DNA of 59,245 bases from Octopus sinensis (lineage: Eukaryota). The stretch is from contig NW_021833098.1 in assembly GCF_006345805.1 (NCBI RefSeq), positions 1 through 59,245 of the forward strand. Direction: 5' to 3'. Under the pieces are notes generated by a model, which made no database searches, had not been told where the DNA came from, and worked only from the letters and a program-made list of their open reading frames with translations. Within the stretch, counting starts at the first letter, position 1. Every line of letters begins with the position of its first letter. The position numbers were made by a program, and so were the translations under genes. Positions 1 through 12,334 of the stretch are shown in pieces.

Positions 1-76
1 ATTCATACATATATATACATATATATATATATATCATACATACATACATACATACTACATATATATATATATATAT

Positions 77-243
77 ACGACGGGCTTCTGTCAGTTTCTA
101 TCTACCAGATCCACTCACAAGGCTTTGGTCGTCCCGAGGCTATAGTAGAAGACACTTTCCCAAGGTGCCATGTGCAGTGGGACTGAACCCCGTACCATGT
201 GGTTGGTAAGCAAGCTACTTACCACACAGCCACTCCTGCGTCT
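77..243 (-). mobile_element. tRNA-derived SINE family A, 5' (head) half
   Basis: Reverse complement reads AGACGCAGGAGTGGCTGTGTGGTAAG (A-box region) ... GGGTTCAGTCCC (B-box-like) ... CCTTGGGAAAGTGTCTTC; collinear with the full copies at 7131-7542 and 31669-32091. Confidence 0.9.
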
Positions 244-264
244 ATGTTTAAGAAAAAAAAATTA

Positions 265-655
265 TTTACCTAAGTTTTAACACCAACTCTTTCGAAATAG
301 TCACCTTTCGCAGCAATACACCTGTCCAAGCGTTCCCACCACTTTTGGAATCCGGCCTGGGAGTCGTTTTCCGTAAGCGAATCGAAGACCTGCGATTCGC
401 TCTGGATATCGATAATGGTTTTAAAACGGTGACCGTCGAGCTGCATTTTCATCTTGGAGAAGAGATGGAAGTCCGCAGGTGCTCAACAGGGCGAATAGGC
501 AGATGCGGAAGCGATACCATGTAGTTTTTGGTAAGACACTCACGAATGGGAAGAGCTAGGTCACAGGGTGCATTGTCGTCGGAAAGAATCCAAGACTTCG
601 CGCTTCGGAGATCCGATCGTTTTCGCCAAATGTCTTCGGATATATTTGCAATTGA
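265..655 (-). pseudogene. mariner transposase, C-terminal fragment
   Basis: Minus-strand frames give DNAPCDLALPIRECLTKNYMVSLPH..YSP..APADFHLFSKMKMQLDGHRF...WERLDRCIAAKGDYFE, matching the mariner HDNAP, YSPDLAP(S)D and C-terminal RW.KCI...GDYFE motifs; frameshifted. Confidence 0.85.
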
Positions 656-1111
656 ACATTATTACGAATTATTCTTTTATCTGTTTCAGTCATTTAACTG
701 CGGACACGCTGGAGCATCGCCTTTGTGCTTGTACCTAAAGGAGGGGGGAGGGGGAGGAGGTGGTGGTGGCGGTGGTGGAGGAGGGGGAGGAGGAGGAAGA
801 GGAGGAGAGAAAAAAGCAGCTTGAACAACATCAGTAATAAGAATGTACTTGAAGGAACAAATGACTTTCAGACCAAAAGAAATTTCGAAGAAAACCAAAG
901 CTGCACTGAACAACCACACACGAACAATGATATGTACGTATTGTTCGAACAATTACAATGATGTACAATGTATATATACATATATAGGGATGTATATATG
1001 CGAGTGCATATATACATACATATATGCATAGACAAATAAACAGATATAGTTATACTTAAATATATTTTGGGTTACGAAAATATGTATAAGTAATATATAT
1101 TTATGGTTTTT

Positions 1112-1154
<43 letters not shown>

Positions 1155-1759
1155 ATCTCCTACTCTCTCTCTTCTCTCTCTCTCTCTCTCTCTCAATATA
1201 TACATGTATATATTTATGTATGTATGTATGTAAATAGCTAAGCAAGCTAAACAAACCATCAGAATTCATCATGTTACACTTCCAAACAGTTACAAATATT
1301 TACGCTTACGGAGTCAAGCAACAAACACATGTCTATAACATTCAATTAGGCATGGCAAATAAACAGTTGTAATCTCAGCGAAAATCTTCACTTAGCTATT
1401 CACATCATTGATTTCACTGAACGAAAGAATGCAAAATATTTTTTTCATAAAAAGTTTTGCAAAAACAAAAGAGAAACGTCTATACGAGCGCAGTGTCAAA
1501 ATGGCGGATAACAACCACGACACAGAAATGGATGAAATGGCGTTGATTTCAGCTGCTGACGTAATATTATGACGTCATGGCACTGTCGGGTTTATATTTG
1601 TTCCATAATTACTTGCGATTTTTTTCTTTGTTGAGTACTATTTGGCTGTTTTCATTGTTATGTATTTTTGTTTTCGTTGTTCTTGGTGAAGTTGCTTCTA
1701 TATATTGCATATGTTGTCACTCTACTCAACTTATCTCACTATATATATATGTATTCGTG

Positions 1760-1798
1760 CGTATGAGTGTCCGTGTCTATGTGTGTGTGTGTGCTTGC

Positions 1799-1849
<51 letters not shown>

Positions 1850-2198
1850 TGTATTGATAGATAAGCAGTTACATATGTATATATATGGGAGACAGATTTG
1901 TATATGCATGAGTGAGTACGTACGTGTAAATATGTATATATGCATATATGTAATAGAATATATATATCTATATATTTATATGTATATATATGTGTGTATA
2001 CATATATGTATATATATATGTAATATACATTTACATGTGTATATATGCATATATATATACATATGTATTACATGTATGCATATATATTATATACCTTTAC
2101 ATACATATATATATGTGTATGTATGTATATATACACATATATATAATTATATATATATATGTGTATGTATGTATATATACACTATATATCATTATATA

Positions 2199-2230
<32 letters not shown>

Positions 2231-2231
2231 G

Positions 2232-2266
<35 letters not shown>

Positions 2267-2270
2267 CGTA
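1760..2270. repeat. compound (TA)/(TG) microsatellite field, representative of many (also 8460-9450, 21640-21990, 25900-26470, 34200-36900, 39900-40580, 42620-43160, 46360-47110, 49120-50880)
   Basis: Di-, tri- and tetranucleotide periodicity read directly; explains the YI/HT/CV/LS/RE/SSS/III ORFs. Confidence 0.95.
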
Positions 2271-2575
2271 CATAAGAGCACAGATACAATGAAAACAAGA
2301 GAAGGGTCTATACATAAAGCTGTTGCACATTCTCTACTTACTTAAAACTTAGGTGTTGCACAAATTACGTTTTCGAAGTTTAAGCAAAAGATGTTCTGTA
2401 GATAAAAAGAAGAACAATAAGGAGTCACGTAATAGCATTGATGATTATAATTCATATTACAGATACAACCCAAGACTCATTAGCCCGCTAAAAAACACAA
2501 TATATATATATATTATATATATATATATATCTATATATATATATATAGATATAATATAATATAATATATTATATA

Positions 2576-2756
2576 GGGAAAGTTTCGAAAAAAAGAAAAC
2601 GAAGACAGGTGGTGTACAAAACAAACAGATGTATAGTATAACGCCCGGAATAGAAAAAGTGTTTTACGTTTCGAACCTACGCTCTTCTACAGAAAGGGAC
2701 ACAGAAAAAACAAAAAGAGAAAAAATGTGTGTAGTGGCTAACGATCTATCATGGCG
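2576..2756 (-). mobile_element. short PLE-terminal (pLTR-like) element, family B, with hammerhead-like motif
   Basis: Collinear with 58805-59000; minus strand contains cttt-CTGTAGA-A-GAGC gtag GTTC-GAAA-CGTA-aaac (2661-2696); its 3' end abuts (TA)n. Confidence 0.7.
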
Positions 2757-2799
2757 AGATAGATAGATAGCTAGCTAGCTAGATAGATAGATAAATAGA

Positions 2800-2901
<102 letters not shown>

Positions 2902-3143
2902 CATACATACATACATACATCACACACACACACACATACATACATACATACATACATGCATACATACATACATTCATAATATGGGTGGTTAATTTGCAAT
3001 TTCACAACGGCAGAAATATATACGTTACTAAAGTGACAAAGGGCATCAATCTGCACGCTCCCGTCGACTTTCATTACACCACCCGTCTATCATCGTCCTC
3101 TTGCACAAACTACCTATCCACGTGGTCAATAGTGGACACTCTA

Positions 3144-3540
3144 AGGCGGCGAGCTGGTAGAAATGTTAGCCGGGCGAAATGCTTAGCGGTATTTCAGCTG
3201 CCCCTACGTTCTGAGTTAAATTCCGCCGAGGTCGACTTTGCCTTTCATCCTTTCGGAGTCGATAAATGAAGTACCAGTTACGCACTGGAGACGATATAAT
3301 CGACTTAATCCGTTTGTCTGTCCTTGTTTGTCCTCTCTGTGTTTAGCCCCTTGTGGGTAGTAAAGAAGTAGGTATTTCGTCTGCCGCTACGTTCTGAGTT
3401 TAAATTCTGCCGAGGCCGACTTTGCCTTTCATCCTTTCGGGTTCGATAAATTAAGTACTATCTGGGTACCGGGGTCGATCTAATTGACTGGCACCCTCCC
3501 GCCAAAATTCGGGCCTTGTGCCTAGAGTAAAAAAGAATAA
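3144..3540 (+). mobile_element. tRNA-derived SINE family B, one copy plus an internally restarted second unit
   Basis: AGGCGGCGAGCTGGTAGAA (A box) ... GAGTTAAATTCC (B box) ... GGTCGACTTTGCCTTTCATCCTTTCGG core; a second unit restarts at about 3370 (AGGTATTTCGTCTG). Confidence 0.85.
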
Positions 3541-3986
3541 TAGACTTTCTACTTTGCCCGCACCGTAAAAGCGCGCCAAAATCATACCGCCTAAGCTTTA
3601 AACAGTCGCGTGACCACAAAGAATTATTCTTTTTTTCGTCTTTGCTTTTAAAACCAGAGAACAAATTTCTAGTTCGCGTCGTATGAGAAATATAATTTTT
3701 TTCGTTCGTAACAATATGTGTGCGCGTGTGTGCATACACACACACACACAGACACGTACCCACATATATATACACAGACGTATTGATAGATATGCAGTTA
3801 TATATATATCTAGGTGACAGATTTGTATATGGATGGCTGAGTACGTATGTGTAGATGCATGAGTGAGTACGTACGTGTAAATATGTATATATGCATATAT
3901 GTAATAGAATATATATATATCCATATATTTATATGTATATATATATGTGTGTATACATATATGTATGCGTGCGCAACTCATATATA

Positions 3987-4221
3987 TTCTTTTTTTCTCT
4001 TACTGGCTTCAGTCATCTAACTGCGGCCATGCTGGAGCGCCATCTTTAGTCGAACAAATTGATCCCAAGAATCATTCTTTGTAAGCGTAGTACTTATTCC
4101 ACCGTTCTTTTTTGCCGAACTTCTCAGCTACGGGGTGTACACACACCACCATCAGTTTTCAAGCAATGGTCGGGGGGACAAACAGACGCGCAAACATATA
4201 TACATGTATATATATATATAT

Positions 4222-4296
<75 letters not shown>

Positions 4297-4345
4297 TGCA
4301 TGTATGTATGACGGGCTTCTTTCAGTTTCCAGATCCACTCACAAG
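3987..4345 (-). mobile_element. SINE family A, 3' two-thirds with expanded internal (AGAT)n
   Basis: Tail motif CAGTCATCTAACTGCGGCCATGCTGGAGC and body GACGGGCTTCTTTCAGTTTCC match the other family A copies. Confidence 0.85.
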
Positions 4346-4706
4346 TTTACCTGCCAAGTTTATGCCAAAACTGCTTTCAGTTGCACAAGATCTCATTGAT
4401 TGTGTCGAGAACGATGAAAACTTTTTGAAAACTTTGCGTAGGCCTCTGCGCAAGTATCTCCAAGCTTTTACCAAAGTTTGATGCAGATTCTGTGCTCAAC
4501 TTTCTCTATCATATCAATGTGACGATCCCACGCTACACAACTTCCTCCCGAGCACTGCTGTAAACAGCGGAAGCAAACTAAAACGTTAAAACTTAGTGCA
4601 CATGCACAGCAGATTTCAAGGTCAATCTGTGCCAAGCGGCGTTACACTGCGTGCTTTAGCTTCGTTACTATGGAAACAGCCCAGATACTTATTAATCAGA
4701 CTAGTA
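4346..4706. mobile_element. rearranged mariner relic (internal plus-strand piece joined to a minus-strand 5' end)
   Basis: 4350-4430 (+) KFMPKLLS..VAQDLIDCVENDENFLKT; 4435-4515 (-) MIEKVEHRICIKLW*KLGDTCAEAYAK; the minus strand begins with a degenerate TIR (GTACTAGTCTGATTAATAAGTATC) near 4706. Confidence 0.7.
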
Positions 4707-5469
4707 CATACGCATACACATAAAATATATACATGAATTTATACACACATGCATACCTCAACACATGCTTTAACAAACTCATGAAACGCATACATATATT
4801 AAAGTAATGTTGTAGTTATATTGTTATCTAAGATGAAAATCCCATTAAAAAAATAAATAAATCTATGCTGAACACTTCGGTGAACGAAATAGATTCCATT
4901 GTCTTAAACTTCGTGATTTTCATATCATCTTTTTAGATCTGAGCAACTTCTGTTTTACAAATCTTCTTGCAAAAATTGTGAAAGACAAAAAAAAAACAAA
5001 AAACAAAAAACAAAAAAAAGAAGAAAAATTCAATGTATAAAAATGAAAGAAAAAATAAGAAATGATAATACTAAATAAAAAATATAAAAAGGAGAAGACT
5101 GAGAAGGAGCAGAAGAATGAAAAGAAGAGGAAGAGGAAGAAGAAAAAGATGATGATGATGATGATGATGATGATGAAACACAAGGAAAAGGAGAAGAATG
5201 AGTAGAAGAAGAAGAAGAAGAAGAAGAAGAAGAAGAAATAGCGATGAAGAAATCGTAATCTATTTTCGAAAGATTTCCTAGAATTTCTGGTGCCATTCTT
5301 ATTGGTTTATTTAATCAGAAACCAAATATTTTGGAGCAAAATTACTTCCATGGCCGTTCTTCTTATTTTCGTATCTTGATGCTTTCATTAATTATTACTG
5401 ATTGTCTTTCTTGGTTGAGCTCTTCAGACATGAATTAGTAAACAAGACAAGGAAGTAGAGTGATACAAA

Positions 5470-5504
<35 letters not shown>

Positions 5505-5593
5505 ATGAATAAATAAATAAAAATAAAAATAATTTATATGAGCAAAACATTTAAAAAAAAAGAACGGAACATGCCCACACATAATACCCACGT

Positions 5594-5641
<48 letters not shown>

Positions 5642-5785
5642 ACATACATACATACATATATACGTACATACACAAACGCATCCATCCTTCCATACATACA
5701 TACATAAAGTAAAGTTAGCTTTAGACAATCAAGATTTTGACTAAGTTTTTAACTCCATCATTATTTTAATCTTATTCAATCTCTA

Positions 5786-5825
<40 letters not shown>

Positions 5826-6077
5826 CCACAGACTCATTTATGTGAGAATAAACACACATGTTTGTGTATATATAATTGCATGTGAGTATACATGTACGAG
5901 GGATGTATGAAAAGTTTTGTGCCTAACCTAGAAACGGGGCTGCTAGATAGCTGAAACAATTTTTTTCTGGTAAGTACCGTCTTTTCGGAGTGTTCCTGTT
6001 CATTTTTATGATTCTGATTTTTTTCTTTTTTTTTTTTGCAAATTTTTGAATAAATAGGTGTCGACGTTGCAAAGAAA

Positions 6078-7110
6078 ATGGAGAAAACTGAGTATCGTGC
6101 TGTCATAAAGTACCTTCATTTGAAAGGCCTGACTTCATCAGAAATCCATAAAGATATGATGAGAATCTTAACAGGCAATGTTCCTTCATATACAACAGTC
6201 AAACGCTGGGTAAATGAATTCAAGCGTGGCAGAGAGAGTGTGGAAGACGATCTCAGAACAGGGAGACCTCCAACTGCAACCACCAAGGACAACCTTGACT
6301 TTGCTCTTGGTATGATAATGCAAGATCACCGAATATTATGTCGTCAGATAGCTGAGAGACTGGGTATCTCAACTGAAAGAGCAGACAACATTGTGACAAA
6401 AGAACTTGGGTTCTCAAAGGTTTCTTCAAGGTGGGTCCCTCACTTTTTGACTCCTGAACAGAAATGCACCAGGTGCACTTTGTTCACGAGCAATCTGGAA
6501 CTGTTTGAAGCCGATGAATGAAATTTTCTTGCTCGTTTCATTACTATGGACGAAAGATGGGTTCATCACTACCAGCCTGAAACCAAAGAGCAATCAAAGC
6601 AGTGGAAGCACACATCTTCTCCTACCTCAAAGGAGGCCAGGGTCATTCCTACAGCTGGCAAAGTCATGGCGTCCGTTTGGGGGGATTCCCAAGGTGTCTT
6701 GCTGATCGATTACCTTGAAAAGTGTCACACCATGACAGGGCTGTATTATTCTCAGCTACTGAAACGCCTCCGATAAGCAATCAAAGAAAAAAGACCGGGA
6801 ATGCTCATCAGAGGAGTCCTTTTTCATCACGATAATGCTCCAGCCAACGCCTCAGTGGTTGCCATGGCAACAATTTGTGATTGTGGATATGAACTTCTTC
6901 CTCATCCATCTTAATTGTCAGACTTAGCCTCCTCTGACTCATCTATTCCTAAAAAGGAAAAAAAAAGCATTGACAGTGACAATGACGTCATAGACGCTGT
7001 AGAAAGTTTCTTGTAGTCTCAAACAAGAGTTCTTCTGCGCAGAGATAATGGCGCTTCAGCACCGCTGGAGAAAGTGTTCAGCCATCAAAGGGGACTATGT
7101 TGAAAAATAA
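6078..7110 (+). pseudogene. mariner DD34D transposase pseudogene
   Basis: MEKTEYRAVIKYLHLKG...GRP...WVPHFLT...FITMDERWVHHYQPETKEQSKQW...FHHDNAPA...; broken by frameshifts and stops at about 6520, 6775 and 6912. Confidence 0.92.
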
Positions 7111-7130
7111 ATCATCAGAAGTCTTGTAAC

Positions 7131-7542
7131 ATACTCTTTTACTCTTTTACTTGTTTCAGTCATTTGACTGCGGCCATGCTGGAGCACCACCTTTAATCGA
7201 GCAACTCGACCCCGGGACTTATTCTTTTTGTAAGCCCATTACTTATTCTATCGGTCTCTTTTGTCGAACCGCTAAGTAACGGGGACATAAACACACCAGC
7301 ATCGGTTGTCAAGCTATGCTAGGGGGACAAACACAGACACACAAACACACACACGCATATATATATATATACATATATACGACGGGCTTCTTTCAGTTTC
7401 CGTCTACCAAATCAACTCACAAGGCATTGGTCGGCCCGGGGCTATAGCAGAAGACACTTGTCCAAGATGCCACACAGTGGGACTGAACCCGTAACCATGT
7501 GGTTGGTTAGCAAGCTACTTACCACACAGCCACTCCTGTGCC
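7131..7542 (-). mobile_element. SINE family A, full length (about 410 bp)
   Basis: Head GGCACAGGAGTGGCTGTGTGGTAAG, internal (TA/TG)n, tail GCAGTCAAATGACTGAAACAAGTAAAAGAGTAAAAGAGTA. Confidence 0.92.
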
Positions 7543-7935
7543 ATGTTTTTTTTTTTTTTTTTAGGATCAAGACTTTTCATACACCCCTCGTAGATATATA
7601 GATATCGATAGACATACAGACAGATAGATAGATAAGTGTGGGAGCGTTCGTACGTGTGTGTGCGTGTGTGTGTGTGTAGCACAATTTGCAATCACGTGAT
7701 TTCGGAATCAGTTCCATGGCGCGGCATCTTCGTCAAGTACCTTTTATTACAGTACCAGACTGACCATTCCCTCGTAACTGAATGTGGACACGGAAAACTG
7801 TTATACAGCAATCCCTCGACTGCCGCAGGGTGTTACGTTTCAAAGCCACGCAGCGATAGGTGAACATCCACGAAGTAGGGACAAGCAGCAGCGGCAGTAG
7901 TAGTAGTTGTAGTAGTAGTTGTAGTAGTGGTAGTG

Positions 7936-7977
<42 letters not shown>

Positions 7978-8078
7978 GTAGTAGTAGTAGTGGTGATGGT
8001 GGTGGTAGTAGTAGTAGTAGTAGTGGTAGTAGTAGTAGTAGTAGTGGTAGTAGTAGTAGTAGTAGTGGTAGTAGTAGT

Positions 8079-8116
<38 letters not shown>

Positions 8117-9222
8117 TAGTAGCTGTAGTAGCATGAAAATTTGGGAGGTTCATAGATGCTTTTAAACTACCAGAGATAAAGAAAAGAAAAGAAACACGGC
8201 GCAAATCACTCCCTGATGACGCTGCTGCTACTGATGATGATGATGATGATGATGATTATGATCATGATGATGATGATCATGGTAGTGGTAGTGTTGATGA
8301 TAATGATGATGGTGATGATGATGACGATAGTGATGATGGTTACGGTGGTGGTGGTGGTGATGGTGATGATGGTGATGAAGATGATGAAATTTCGTTTCTC
8401 AAAATACTTTTACGGGGTTATGGAGTGTACAATATTCATATAAACAAACATACACTTCAGTATGCACACACACACACCACACACACACACACACACACAT
8501 GCACCTACACACAATAAAGCGCGCGCACACACACGCACATACATTTCCAGCACACAGACAGTCTTTCTCTCACTATCTATATCATATACATATAAGATAT
8601 AAAGATGTGTGTGTATGTGTGAGTGTGGGTGTGTATATATGTATATTTATATATATATATATGTATATATACACAAATGTACGAGCATATACATATGTAT
8701 ATATACATACATATGCATGTATATATGTATGTGTGTGAGTGTGTGTGCGTGTGTGTGTGTGTGTGCGCTTGTGTGTGTATAACACATGTACACTAGTGAT
8801 TCTCGAGATTAGCAGGTGTTTTCCTTCGCCCAGACTCTTCCACCCACATCTCACCCTTTCTAGGCCTCCACCCGTTTTACTCCTCTCACCCCGATGTCAT
8901 GCAGAAACTTTGAACGGGTGTTACCAAACATCTATGAACTTAGCCATCATCAAACTGGCATCAGGCAATAAACATACATACATGCTTATATACATACATA
9001 CTTATATACATACATATATACTTCTATACATATATACACAATTTCATACATACACACATGTATACATAATTCCGTATATATGCACATATATGTTTATATA
9101 TGCATATATTGGCACACACACACACACACACATACACACACACACATATTCATCCATATATGCGTATAAATTTCAATGTTATATATCTATATATCTACAT
9201 GTATCTATCTATGTATATATAA

Positions 9223-9256
<34 letters not shown>

Positions 9257-9831
9257 ATACATATATACATATATACATACAGATATATATACTTATATAT
9301 ATACATATATACATATATATGTACACATATAGTTCCGCATACGTGTTTTTGCAGACATACGCATGCACACACGCGCACACATACAGACACACACCCATAC
9401 ATGTACACACACATATATATATATATACATGTGTGTCTATGTTTGTATGTAGGCACTTAGACAGTCGAGAAGAATGACTAACAAGACAAGGATGGCGGCT
9501 GAGACACAGAAAAGCACGTGCGCCTTGAATGTTAAGCCTTTAATCGTTAATCTTACTTACATAGAGATACAACAACTGCGCACTCACACAAAATCACACG
9601 CAAATACTATCACACACACACAGACATACATACTTGTTTGTATGTACACACACATACACGCGTATATATACCTCATACACTTCATTCCTGTATACGTTGT
9701 GTGTATATTCATACCTCTATAGTCATATATATCAAAAAACACATTTATAAAAGGTGGAAACTGTGCAGAAGCAGTAGTATATATATATATGTATAACACA
9801 CACAAATATATATATATAAATATAAATATAA

Positions 9832-10629
9832 CTTAGAATAACTTAGAAAGGTTTTGGCCAGTATTGGCCTAGGCCATGTCTAACTTCATAGCACCACCTG
9901 GCGAAGTCTTTCAATTCAGGATTTGGGCACCAAGGTCCATTCGAGCAGAGAGTTATTGTTTGCGGAGACATATCCGGGTGCGGGTGGTTTGTCCGGGACC
10001 GTTTGAAGGAATTTGTCCAAAGACTTCTTGAATTTTGTGTGGTCAGTTTCTGTTTTGACGTGTCCTGATGTAATGTTGAAGAGAGCGGGTCCAATTGAGG
10101 CGAAATAATTGTGCCGTATTGTTGTTATGAGATGCGATTTAGATTTTTGTTGTGGACAGATGGCACGGGGTCCAAGTCTTGGATGTATTTTGAAGGTGAT
10201 ACCAACATCATTTGGACAGTGCTGATGAAATATTTTCCACATCATACAGATAATGTAGCGTTCACGGTGTCGTTTGAGTGAATACAGTTTCAGCTTTTCC
10301 AGTCGACCCCAGTAGTCGAGGTCTGACATGCCATCTACCTTTTTCGTGATTGACCTTTGGGGAGCTTCAACTTTCATAATATTCCGTTTCGTGTAGGGAG
10401 ACCACAGTGGACAGCAGTATTCAAGATGAGATCGGGCAAAAGTGGAGAAGAGAAGGATAATGGTGTGGGAATCTCCCGACTGGAAGGTTCTGAGAATCCA
10501 GGAACACATTCTGCGGGCCATGTCAACTTTGCTGCTTATATGTGTAGCCCAGCTTATGTTGTTGTCCACAGTTACTCCCAAGTCTCTGATGTTGTTAGAC
10601 GCCATGAGAGTTTCACCAGAAGGAAGGGA

Positions 10630-10630
<1 letters not shown>
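9832..10630 (-). mobile_element. 5'-truncated CR1/L2-group LINE (RT C-terminus and 3' UTR)
   Basis: ORF 9916-10686(-): RDLGVTVDNNISW..H...ILRTF...RSHLEYCCPLWSP...E.PQR..TK...Y.GRL..LKLYSL..HRER; short 3' UTR ending in a TTCTAAG repeat. Confidence 0.9.
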
Positions 10631-10660
<30 letters not shown>

Positions 10661-10780
10661 CATGTAAATAAATTTATTTTAAACAATTACAAGTTTTTCA
10701 AATTTAGATGTATTTTCAACAACGATTTTGCCTATATTATTTCCTGCGTGAAAATACACACCCTCTTTTATCATATATAA

Positions 10781-10846
<66 letters not shown>

Positions 10847-11058
10847 CAAGTTTGGGGTTTAGTTCAGAGGTAAACGATTAGGTACGCTAGGTAAGTGGTG
10901 TAACGGATTAATAGGGATCCATGTTTATAGCCGAGACGGTAGTTATGGAACCATTGCTGAATTCCGATGCAGCGAATATCTAATTGTTAAAGAGGACAAC
11001 AAACATAAAGGCAAGTCAAACATCTCAAGTCGTATACATTTTTGCAATAATAATAATA

Positions 11059-11089
<31 letters not shown>

Positions 11090-11124
11090 TATAATAATAA
11101 TAATAATAATATAATAATAATATA

Positions 11125-11529
11125 TCTCTATATATATAAACGGCAGTTTGTCTGTGTGTCTGTGTGGCTGTCAGGTTGTACCCTCACCCTGATCACGGCT
11201 TTCAACCGATTCTGATGAAACTTGACACAAACATAGCCCAACGTCATAATTCAAAACTAACGCAGCAAAAAGTTTGAAAAGTCCCCCCAGTTCTGAAAAA
11301 AAATCGATAAATTCGACATGGGGTCGAGAATCTAAGCTTTTTATATGCAACACATTTTCTGTCGGGAGACAGCTAGGAACATCGTATACATAGAAGTATT
11401 CGAGTGAAGAGAAGACATTGCAACCTACACATGCGCCTTCGTTCCCTAGAGGGAAAGAACTAGATTGGGATTAGTCGTTGCCTACTAGGGGCTCTTACAT
11501 ACCCGGGCAACGCCGGACTATGCTGCTAG
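11125..11529 (+). mobile_element. non-autonomous Helitron, copy 1
   Basis: A|TCTCTATATATATAAACGGCAG 5' end; 3' hairpin CCGGGCAACGCCGG followed by CTAG|T; A|T target, no TSD. Confidence 0.85.
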
Positions 11530-11864
11530 TATATATATATAAATAATACATATATATAATGTATATATATTATATATATATATATATACAAAGTTTGGGG
11601 TTTAGTTCAGAGGTAAACGATTAGGTACGCTAGGTAAGTGGTGTAACGGATTAATAGGGATCCATGTTTATAGCCGAGACGGTAGTTATGGAACCATGCT
11701 GAATTCCGATGCAGCGAATATCTAATTGTTAAGAGGACAACAAACATAAAGGCAAGTCAAACATCTCAAGTCGTATACATTTTTGCAATAATAATAATAA
11801 TAATGATAATGATAATAATATAATAATAATAAAATAATAATAATATAATAATAATAATAATATA

Positions 11865-12267
11865 TCTCTATATATATAAACGGCAGTTGTCTGTGTGTCT
11901 GTGTGGCTGTCAGGTTGTACCCTCACCCTGATCACGCTTTCAACCGATTCTGATGAAACTTGACACAAACATAGCCCAACGTCATAATTCAAAACTAACG
12001 CAGCAAAAAGTTTGAAAAGTCCCCCCAGTTCTGAAAAAAAATCGATAAATTCGACATGGGGTCGAGAATCTAAGCTTTTTATATGCAACACATTTTCTGT
12101 CGGGAGACAGCTAGGAACATCGTATACATAGAAGTATTCGAGTGAAGAGAAGACATTGCAACCTACACATGCGCCTTCGTTCCCTAGAGGGAAAGAACTA
12201 GATTGGGATTAGTCGTTGCCTACTAGGGGCTCTTACATACCCGGGCAACGCCGGACTATGCTGCTAG
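11865..12267 (+). mobile_element. non-autonomous Helitron, copy 2 (duplicated with its flank)
   Basis: Same termini as 11125-11529. Confidence 0.85.
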
Positions 12268-12334
12268 TATATATATATAAATAATACATATATATAATGT
12301 ATATATATATATATATTGTTGTTGTTGTTGTTTG

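Larger units (their letters stand above)
5897..7590 (+). mobile_element. full-length decayed mariner transposon with both TIRs and TA target duplication, interrupted by a SINE
   Basis: Left TA|CGAGGGATGTATGAAAAGTTTTGTGCCTAA; right TTAGGATCAAGACTTTTCATACACCCCTCG|TA (7561-7592); SINE A inserted at about 7131-7542. Confidence 0.92.
10843..12315 (+). repeat. tandem duplication of an approximately 740 bp unit (unique flank + (AAT)n + Helitron)
   Basis: 10843-11582 and 11583-12315 are collinear and differ only by 1-bp indels and microsatellite length. Confidence 0.95.

Noticed and set aside
7753-8964. Possible exons 7753-7859 and 8905-8964, phase-compatible with each other and with 21518
   Set aside because: Acceptors are good but donors are weak (GTGAAC, and non-canonical GCAATA); the peptide is unrecognised and the chain was hand-picked.
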